Source: Marsupella aquatica
Lineage: Eukaryota; Plantae; Marchantiophyta
Direction of reading: 5' to 3'
DNA: 10,077 bases
Assembly (NCBI GenBank): GCA_973895155.1
Contig: CCZZQB010000049.1
Location: 1 to 10,077 of the forward strand
Part shown: one piece after another, positions 4,901-10,077 of the stretch
How positions within the stretch are numbered: the stretch's first letter is position 1
Layout of the letters: every line of letters starts with the position of its first letter
Notes under the pieces: generated by a model
What the model saw: only the letters and a program-made list of their open reading frames with translations
Database searches by the model: none
Told to the model about the DNA's origin: nothing
Made by a program: the position numbers and the translations under genes

Positions 4901-7897
4901 TAGCTCCTTTATCTTGAGCTTTAACAAGGCTAAGTGCTTAGCCTTTAACCTCTGGTCATTACTCCTTGTCTTGATCTCAACTTGGGCAGCACCCTTGCTG
5001 GTCTGATCAACCTCCTGAGCCATTGTGATAGTGTCTTCTTGGTTGCTCTCCTTGGCTGAGGTCTCAGCCTGCTTCACCTCCTCGAGACTGGTCACTTCAC
5101 TGAGACTGGGCAGAGGTGAATGGCTGGTAAGAGCCTCCTGCTCTTGCTCCTCTCCAAACACTTCTTCTTCAGTCCATTGGCTCACCATGTTCAACATGTA
5201 TACCTCATCCTCATCAGATTCAGATTTGGTACTCAACTCATCGGAAAGTTCAGAATCATATTCATCCAACTCATCAGTAGTCTCTCCTTGATGCTTGTCA
5301 TGACCCCATGAAACTGAAGTGGCTGGTTTGCCAAACCTAAACTCCTTCTTGCCCCAATCAGACACTACTTTGGCTCCATATAGCCAAGGCCTCCCAATCA
5401 AGATTGGGTAAGTAGATGGCCTTGCTGGTCTCATCACCAAGTAATTCAACAAGAACTCCTGCCCCCCAATGAGAGTAGGTACTTGAGTAAGTGTCCCCAC
5501 CGGTAGCACTCTTGCTCCATTTGCTAGCCTCATTGTCCTTGCTGTTGGCTGAAGTTTCTTGAAACCTAGTTGTTGGGCAGTAGCCTCAATCATGATATTC
5601 ACACCTGAGCCTCCATCAACTGGTACATACGAGAGTACACACCCATTTACTTGAACATCAATCTCAGGTGCTCCAAGGTCTTCACAAACCATCATCACAT
5701 CAGCTGGGGTACCAACCTTTGGAAGCTTCCTTCTTCTCCTTCCTACCAACATCTCCTTCAGTTGCCTCCTATACAAAGGGTTGTCTTTGATCAGCTGCCC
5801 CACTGTAGCAGTAACCAAACAATCTTTCACATCCTTCTTGATGTCATAAGAGGGTACCTTGCTGGTCTCTTTCTTCTCTTCCACCTCAGCTTTTTCCTTC
5901 AAAGCTTTAGCAACCTTCAGGTCTTTGTTGATGGCCTCTTGATGCTCCTTAGCCTCCATCTCCTCTAGTTGCCTCTTGACTTCCTCATTCACCTTGGGAT
6001 AGAAGAGCTTCGGATGGTCTCTCTTGTAGTCACTATCTTCAGCTGGTGGGACTTGAACTTCTGCTCCAACTTCAACTTCGATTGGTGACTCCGTTGAGTG
6101 CTCCTTTCTCTCCTTCCTCTTCTTCCTCTCTTCCACTCTTTCCTTCTTTCTTGTGGACCTGGTAGACACCTTGTAACACACAGCTTCCTCCTCAGGTGTC
6201 TCCATTCCTGGTAGATCTGGCTGGTTCTCCCCACCAGCAACTTGTGTCACTCCATCTTTGGCCTCCTCTTGCCACTCCATACTCAAGAAGTTCACTGTGG
6301 CTTCACCGGGAGCCTTGGCAACCGCTGGTGGTGGTGCTTCTATCCTTCCTATCATCATCTTGGCAGCAGATCCAATAGGACAGTTGGCTGTGGTATGACC
6401 CTCCCTTTTGCACACAGCACAAAGAGGATAGGGAGCTCCTTGTCCCTGCCTCCTTGGTTCGGGGCAACTGTTGGAATAGTGCCCTGGTTTTTGACAGTTC
6501 CAGCAGATCACCACGGTAGTTCTTGCCACTCCCCCAGGTCCTTGAGGTCCCATTTGATCCACCATCCTTGGTTGAAGACCAGGCATCAGTTGAGGTGCCA
6601 TGGGTGGAGCTGGTCTTCCTTGCAAAGTTCTTGGGCCTCCTGAAATCTGGTACACCATCTCCGGGGCTTCTTCATAGAAGTAGTCCACCACTTCGCTTGC
6701 TTGATAAACATCGTTGGACTCTTCATTGACATACTGAACTTGATTCCTCCAACCTTGACACTCTTGAGGTGTATGGCCAAAACTCTTGCACTTGACACAC
6801 CATACATGGGCTCTATTCACCGGCACTTTTCTCCTATCAGGTTGCACACCAGCAAAGTGAACTGATAGGGCCTTGAGTTGGTTGGTGATCTCACTCATCT
6901 TGTTATCCATCACCTTCTTCTCCTTGGTTGCTGGTGTAGAACCTTCCACCAAGTTGAAGGTTGCAGATTTGTGGTGCTTACCACCTGGCTTCTTCTTGCT
7001 GGCTCTCCTCTTCTGGTCGCTTTTTCTCTTTGCCTTCTTCTTCTTCTTCTTCTTCTTCTTCTCGGAGTCCTCCTCAGAATCAGATTCTGAATCAGAACTG
7101 GAACTACTCTCCTCAGATTCCGACTCAGAAGTATCCTCAACTGAACTACTTGATTCACTTGAGCTAGAAGAAGAATCACTATAAGCAAATCGCTTCTTCT
7201 TTCTCCTACTCTTGGAACTAGAGATCTCAGCACTCCTATAAGACTGAGCCGCCTCAATGGCCTCATCCAACGTATTAGGGTGAGATTGCCTTACTGAGAC
7301 ACCCATCTTCTTGGGTAGGCTTGCCACAAACCAAGCCAACAACATGGAGTCTACTGGTCTGGGGTCAAGCTTGGTAGCTAACCTTTGAAACCTTTGCAGA
7401 AACCTCCTTACTGACTCCTTGGATCCCATTCTGATCTCTCCCATCTTGATCAGAGCTTCCGATTCTTCTCCCACCTTCCTAAACTCCTGCAAGAATGCTA
7501 GCTTGAAGGCATCCCAATCATTCTTGATGGCATTTGATAGGCTATTGAACCAAGGTCTTGCTTCTCCTCTCAAGACCCCCGCCAAAGTGGTCAACTTAAT
7601 ATCAAACTCTCCATTGGCTTGGGCTGTCCCAATGAAGTCCTCCAACCAAGCATCAGGATCCTCCTTGGGCTTGCCATGGAATGTCTTGTACTGAAATCTT
7701 GCTCTTTGAGTCACCACCATGGCTGCTTCTTGATCTTCACTTGTGTTGGTAGTGGAAGAAGATGTATCACTCCACCCTACACCAGGTTCCGCTTCAGCTT
7801 GCAAATGAATGTCCACCCAATCTGGTTGCTCCAACTGGTCACCAAAGTTGAAACTAAGAGAGGCTTCTTTTAGTGCTTGACTCCTTGTAGTGGGCAT
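1919..7897 (-). CDS. gag-pol: Gag-Pol polyprotein (1992 aa from first ATG, MPTTRSQ...), no frameshift or internal stop
   Basis: The ORF track gives 1919..7987 from a TTG. The first ATG is at 7895..7897 (cat on +) and the stop is TAA at 1919..1921. All catalytic motifs are recognisable in frame. Confidence 0.95.
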   Translation of the reverse strand: MPTTRSQALKEASLSFNFGDQLEQPDWVDIHLQAEAEPGVGWSDTSSSTTNTSEDQEAAMVVTQRARFQYKTFHGKPKEDPDAWLEDFIGTAQANGEFDIKLTTLAGVLRGEARPWFNSLSNAIKNDWDAFKLAFLQEFRKVGEESEALIKMGEIRMGSKESVRRFLQRFQRLATKLDPRPVDSMLLAWFVASLPKKMGVSVRQSHPNTLDEAIEAAQSYRSAEISSSKSRRKKKRFAYSDSSSSSSESSSSVEDTSESESEESSSSSDSESDSEEDSEKKKKKKKKKAKRKSDQKRRASKKKPGGKHHKSATFNLVEGSTPATKEKKVMDNKMSEITNQLKALSVHFAGVQPDRRKVPVNRAHVWCVKCKSFGHTPQECQGWRNQVQYVNEESNDVYQASEVVDYFYEEAPEMVYQISGGPRTLQGRPAPPMAPQLMPGLQPRMVDQMGPQGPGGVARTTVVICWNCQKPGHYSNSCPEPRRQGQGAPYPLCAVCKREGHTTANCPIGSAAKMMIGRIEAPPPAVAKAPGEATVNFLSMEWQEEAKDGVTQVAGGENQPDLPGMETPEEEAVCYKVSTRSTRKKERVEERKKRKERKEHSTESPIEVEVGAEVQVPPAEDSDYKRDHPKLFYPKVNEEVKRQLEEMEAKEHQEAINKDLKVAKALKEKAEVEEKKETSKVPSYDIKKDVKDCLVTATVGQLIKDNPLYRRQLKEMLVGRRRRKLPKVGTPADVMMVCEDLGAPEIDVQVNGCVLSYVPVDGGSGVNIMIEATAQQLGFKKLQPTARTMRLANGARVLPVGTLTQVPTLIGGQEFLLNYLVMRPARPSTYPILIGRPWLYGAKVVSDWGKKEFRFGKPATSVSWGHDKHQGETTDELDEYDSELSDELSTKSESDEDEVYMLNMVSQWTEEEVFGEEQEQEALTSHSPLPSLSEVTSLEEVKQAETSAKESNQEDTITMAQEVDQTSKGAAQVEIKTRSNDQRLKAKHLALLKLKIKELEDQLKAANSEEDETQEDQHSSKEKEELSAENAPVYGGMRLAQLEGTFDSTMRNKMEVIRAEQYRTISVQQDKTFNLGNALGSGEEKTIQDLLGEYVDVFAWSHLDLTGVNPELGEHRIDLMLGASPVRQRQYRMNPKYSLMVKEEIDKLLEAGFIYPVLNSEWVSPIVIVPKKPGLDGKPKIRVCQDFRKLNEATKKDHYPIPFTDMVLDLVAGWEVYSFLDGYSGYNQIWIRKEDQLKTAFTTEWGIYAFRRMPFGLCNAPGMFQRLMMNIFHDYLRKFLEVFIDDFAVFGRGKDHVEHLRMTFQRCREVGLKLHPGKCFFGVEEGILLGHKVSKKGIEVDQEKVAVWMAVKFPTSVTELRGFLGCLNYYRRFIKDFAKVALPLTSMLKKGAEVEPSVERLASFQELKNRLVEAPILIAPDWSREFHVYVDVSGFCIGVVLSQLDDQNRDHPIYFASRLLAPAEKNYSPTDREALGIIYSCKKFRHYLLGYKVVFHTDHNALKYMVNKPDVTGRVARWILLLQEFDYEVRVRPGKKHGNADFFSRIEGEEDLKEVDDQFPDEDLFHVGSGGDTWYLDIIQFLLTTRLPRDLNQEEAAVFLRKIRPYLLVKGVLHKEGVDGRLRRCLEKKEISIVMRAMHEEEAGGHYASATTARKILDAGYWWPTLHKDVSLFVRGCDPCQRTGKPAHSRHHPLTTILPLAPFEKWGIDFIGPITPVTRSRRNRYILLATDYATKWVEARPTSKDNALTVARFMYQQIFTRFGPPLELVSDRGTHFLNEVVEELTNHYLIKHRKTAPYHPKANGLTERANGIIGKILNKTVAAHKTDWDDKLYSAVYSYNLAFKTTTGHSPFYLVFGQHSLVPVEFEVPTLRVSVEERMEADQSLMERAYQLEELEEIREEASKQVKKKQAQVKQHHDKKLKKPTSLLAGQLVLLYDSRYAHFPGKLHTRWLGPYVVHQVYANGSIQLATLEGEVFPTRVHHDRLKRYFNQE
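1922..2983 (-). other. Integrase: HHCC zinc finger, DD(35)E core, GPY/F module, no chromodomain
   Basis: H-EEEAGG-H...C-DP-C; catalytic D in GIDF (2771..2773), D in VSDRG (2585..2587), E in LTERANG (2477..2479; 35 residues between D and E); RWLGPY near 2033..2050; the ORF ends about 37 aa after GPY. Confidence 0.95.
3263..3622 (-). other. RNase H domain (Ty3/Gypsy type)
   Basis: FHVYVDVSGFCIGVVLSQ, PIYFASRLL, NYSPTDREAL, FHTDHNAL, HGNADFFSR. Confidence 0.95.
3896..4555 (-). other. Reverse transcriptase domain
   Basis: EHRIDL...PVRQRQYRMNP, SEWVSPIVIVPKK, RVCQDFRKLN, SFLDGYSGYNQI, KTAFTTEWG, RMPFGLCNAPGMFQR, catalytic FIDD (4040..4051), KCFF, LLGHKVS. Confidence 0.97.
5381..5668 (-). other. 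Aspartic protease domain
   Basis: Active-site motif VPVDGGSGVNIM (Asp codon 5615..5617), flap region RLANG and C-terminal ILIGRPWL motif. Confidence 0.88.
6380..6421 (-). other. CCHC zinc knuckle 3
   Basis: CAVCKREGHTTANC fits C-X2-C-X4-H-X4-C. Confidence 0.9.
6464..6505 (-). other. CCHC zinc knuckle 2
   Basis: CWNCQKPGHYSNSC fits C-X2-C-X4-H-X4-C. Confidence 0.95.
6758..6799 (-). other. CCHC zinc knuckle 1 (nucleocapsid)
   Basis: CVKCKSFGHTPQEC fits C-X2-C-X4-H-X4-C. Confidence 0.9.
7034..7060 (-). repeat. (AAG)9 trinucleotide run encoding Lys9 within Gag
   Basis: Nine perfect ctt units on + from 7034 to 7060; translates as KKKKKKKKK. Confidence 0.95.
7238..7681 (-). other. Gag capsid-like (retrotransposon gag) domain
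   Basis: FHGKPKEDPDAWL...LRGEARPWFNSL...WDAFKLAFLQEF, followed by ESVRRFLQRFQRL...FVASLP...PNTLDEAIEAAQSY, the typical Gypsy capsid pattern. Confidence 0.85.
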
Positions 7898-8003
7898 GCC
7901 ACTCACAATCACCTTCTTATCTCCCTTCTTCTCTTGAACAGCAAACCTGCAAACACACCTCCAAGTCTTGTGGCTCCACTCCAACAAAAACTGTAAAGAG
8001 TTG

Positions 8004-8021
8004 TCCCCGGCAGCGGCGCCA
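8004..8021 (-). promoter_or_regulatory. Primer-binding site complementary to the 3' end of plant tRNA-Asp
   Basis: Minus strand TGGCGCCGCTGCCGGGGA is a 17/18 match to the Athila-type PBS TGGCGCCGTTGCCGGGGA (complement of the plant tRNA-Asp(GUC) 3' end UCCCCGGCAACGGCG-CCA, recalled from memory). It lies 106 bp upstream of the gag ATG. Confidence 0.92.
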
Positions 8022-8030
8022 AAAACAAGG

Positions 8031-8046
8031 GTGGGACTCTATGTCA
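8031..8046. repeat. Imperfect terminal inverted repeat, partner at 1859..1877
   Basis: Plus 8031..8046 GTGGGACTCTATGTCA aligns with minus 1877..1859 GTGGGATGGCTCAGTGTCA (shared GTGGGA, CTC and TGTCA blocks). Confidence 0.6.
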
Positions 8047-8333
8047 AACACTTGCCAAGGAGCTTAAGCGGCTTTTCTCCCCAAAAGACTACCTAATACC
8101 TGCTCCATGTCATACCAGGGTCACAAAGGATTGACAAAACTTCTGAAGTGTGCTTACAATGTCCAATCACTCCATACATAAGTAGTTTCAACTCTCCACT
8201 TCTAGAGAGGTAGTCCCCTTGACTACTTTTGTACTCACCCCTTCCCCTCTCCTCTACTCCAAGGATCAGCAAGGGGGATCTCCGCTCCAAGCTGTCACCT
8301 TAGAGTAGATTCTCACACAAACACCCAAGAACC

Positions 8334-8661
8334 CAAAGTACTTTCCTCTTCAAGCTTAAGTCTCCTCAAGACCCTCAAAGTAGTGTTACCCCTCAACCTT
8401 GCCCCCCTGGCCTTGGTTTGGGTCCACACATCCCCTTTGAGCCCTAGAGAAGGCTCCTCTATCTAAGGACTCTTCCTCTTGTTCTTACTTCTTGTTAACA
8501 CCACACACCAAGCAAAGTACTTTCCACCCTCAAGCTATAATCCTCTCTAAGTCTCAAAGTAATGCTATACCTTAACCTTGCCTCCTTGGCCTTGGTTTTG
8601 TACTAGCACATCCCCTTCAAGCTTAGACCAAGATTATACCATAGCATGGACTCTTCTCTTG
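8334..8661. repeat. Degenerate tandem duplication, two copies of ~180 bp (8334..8481 and 8513..8661 core)
   Basis: Shared anchors at offset 179-181: caaagtactttcc (8334/8513), ctcaaagta (8374/8553), aaccttgcc, tggccttggttt, cacatcccctt, ggactcttc (8467/8648). Confidence 0.85.
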
Positions 8662-8722
8662 CTCTCATATACTTCAAATGCACTCACACTTAATGGTCAC
8701 AATGAAGATTGGTAAGTCTCCT

Positions 8723-8728
8723 TTTATT
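8723..8728 (-). terminator. Candidate polyadenylation signal AATAAA (R region)
   Basis: tttatt on + at 8723..8728, the only such hexamer I saw in 8032..9328, downstream of the TATA candidate as expected for U3-R-U5. Plant poly(A) signals are degenerate. Confidence 0.45.
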
Positions 8729-8877
8729 GCATCACCTTTACAACAAAAGTTCACTACACATTCTCCACACTAAGCATGGACCACCTCTCCTTTCTCAAGC
8801 TTAGCCCTACCTTGGCAAGGTAGAGATTTCACTTAAGAGATGAGACTCCCGGTCCCTAACAAATGAAAACTTCCTCC

Positions 8878-8884
8878 TTATATA
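8878..8884 (-). promoter_or_regulatory. Candidate TATA box of the LTR promoter
   Basis: Minus strand TATATAA(GG), oriented toward gag and 150 bp upstream of an AATAAA. Confidence 0.55.
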
Positions 8885-9328
8885 CTATCTCCTTCCACAT
8901 CACACCAAGCTTGACCTGGGGTCCAACTATACCTCCCCCAAGTCCTCCTAACACACAAAGTCCAACTCTATAGTTCATAGCCCACCCTACTACTTGCTAT
9001 TTTGCCTCCTTCCAAGCCCTGGAATATGCCACACATGAGTGGTATGCTTTGACTTCCAAACCTACTCCCACTTATGGTCCTCCTCACCAGCTTACCAACC
9101 CACTTGAAAGCTCGCAAAAAGAGTGAGTGAGTCTCAAGTTGTGCCTAGTCAAAGTTGGCCTTATTTTACTTGTAACCCCTTTACTACCCTAAGTAAACTA
9201 CCCCCTATATTTACTTTTCTTAACTTGATGGCCTTACACCTTTGGCCAAAGGTAAGTACCCTTCTCTAGAGCCTAACTCAAGTGGTATGGGTGCAAGAAA
9301 GGTCAGCCCCTAAATCTGGTATTCATTC

Positions 9329-10077
9329 CCCTATGCCGACTTTGGTTTGCAAGTTGTCGGGACTCCCTCGTGGCCTCGGTTAAAAATATATTTGAGTGAT
9401 TACTTTTCTGGGGTTCCACCTTCACCAGGGGGTGCCTTATCTTCCCCTAACTCAGCACAAAAAAATTTGGGCCCCAACGGATACCTCTAGCCAAAGTTAT
9501 GCCCATTCTCCCAAGGCCTGTTTTTGGTGTAAAGCGGGTGTAAGCGGCGGCCCGATTACACTTACCTTACATGCCCCTTATGGGGATTCCACGTGTCATG
9601 AGGGGAGAGCACTCTCATTATACTCATGTTTCTTATGAAGAAATTGTAAGGACAGCAATGTTTGCAGCCATTTCTCTCTCGTGAATTCAATCTAAAACCA
9701 CAGCATTCTCTATTGGATTCTTTCTTGTGCAGCAGTCCAGCTGATCAGCCGCCAGCCCCTCAATTTCACAGCCACCATAGCTCACAGCCAGCCTAGTCAA
9801 TTTCGCAGCTAGCCCACCTCTTCAATTTTGCCGCTAGCAACACAGTCAATTTCGCAGCTAGCAGCACAGTCACATCAGCGCATTTACAGCACAACAACAG
9901 CAGATTTGAAGCACAGCAGCAGCAACCATAGCTTGATTCCTTCTCAGTCAAGCAGGTCTCTCTTCTCAATTTCGTAGCTGCCCACCTTTGCAATTTCGCA
10001 GCTAGCAGCAGCATCATTCAATTCAGCAGCATCAAGGCAGCAGCCAGCCAATTCTCATGAGCATCTCGTGCCTGATT
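9329..10077. repeat. 749-bp direct repeat of 1..749 (overlapping part of the two LTRs)
   Basis: Line-by-line comparison found no mismatch. The ORF track shows identical peptides at 68..310 and 9396..9638, and at 465..689 and 9793..10017 (offset 9328). Confidence 0.97.

Larger units (their letters stand above)
1..10077 (-). mobile_element. Ty3/Gypsy LTR retrotransposon, non-chromoviral Athila-like lineage, apparently intact; both LTRs truncated by the window edges
   Basis: Domain order Gag-PR-RT-RH-IN (Gypsy order) in one ORF; tRNA-Asp PBS upstream of gag; purine tract after pol; flanking direct repeat with a 9328-bp period. Lineage call rests on the PBS type, the RT motif VFIDDFAVFG, the RH-IN spacer VDDQFPDEDLF...TWYLDIIQFL and the absence of a chromodomain. 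The lineage is less certain than the superfamily. Confidence 0.95.
8032..10077 (-). repeat. 5' LTR, partial (distal U3, R, U5)
   Basis: Lies upstream of the PBS, contains TATA and AATAAA candidates and the copy of 1..749, and ends in ...GAGTCCCA on the minus strand. Confidence 0.75.

Noticed and set aside
2834-7873. Plus-strand and alternative-frame ORFs overlapping gag-pol
   Set aside because: All are 133 aa or shorter and consistent with shadow ORFs from codon bias and low-complexity tracts (for example poly-Phe, poly-Leu and poly-Arg from the AAG run).
7898-7987. N-terminal extension from the TTG start used by the ORF track (frame open back to a TAG at 8039..8041, through the PBS)
   Set aside because: In a eukaryotic element the first ATG (7897, MPTTRS, a typical Gag start) is more plausible. 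A stop-free stretch of about 47 codons in purine-rich sequence is not strong evidence of translation.
8238-8260. Strong purine tract on the minus strand (GGAGTAGAGGAGAGGGGAAGGGG) followed by TG; could be the PPT of a short ~210-bp LTR in a tandem-element model with a 3-kb 3' UTR
   Set aside because: No inverted-repeat partner for TGAGTAC near the PBS, no TATA in 8032..8237, and the model requires a tandem or circular arrangement. The long-LTR model explains the termini, TATA and AATAAA better. Not fully excluded without flanking sequence.

Overview
The window is almost entirely one intact plant Ty3/Gypsy LTR retrotransposon on the minus strand. A single uninterrupted gag-pol ORF (1919..7897 from the first ATG, 1992 aa) encodes capsid-like Gag, three CCHC zinc knuckles, aspartic protease, reverse transcriptase, RNase H and a DD(35)E integrase with a GPY/F tail. 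It has no chromodomain, no second RNase H and no env-like ORF. An 18-nt primer-binding site matching plant tRNA-Asp (8004..8021) and the RT/RH-IN motifs point to the non-chromoviral Athila-like branch. Bases 1..749 are identical by eye to 9329..10077 (period 9328 bp). Together with imperfect inverted termini at about 1876 and 8032, this implies LTRs of about 3.17 kb that both run off the window, and a very young insertion (or a tandem, circular or collapsed assembly). A TATA box (8878..8884) and AATAAA (8723..8728) give a coherent U3-R-U5 layout. I see no evidence for a wholly new class of system. The unexplained structure is mainly in the LTR: a dense cluster of palindromes with 2-nt spacers, repeated 16-mer and 21-mer motifs, a sharp CpG boundary and a ~180-bp duplication in U5. 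In Gag-Pol it is a Ser/acidic-then-poly-Lys block, three knuckles and long charged linkers. All comparisons were done by eye and no database search was run.
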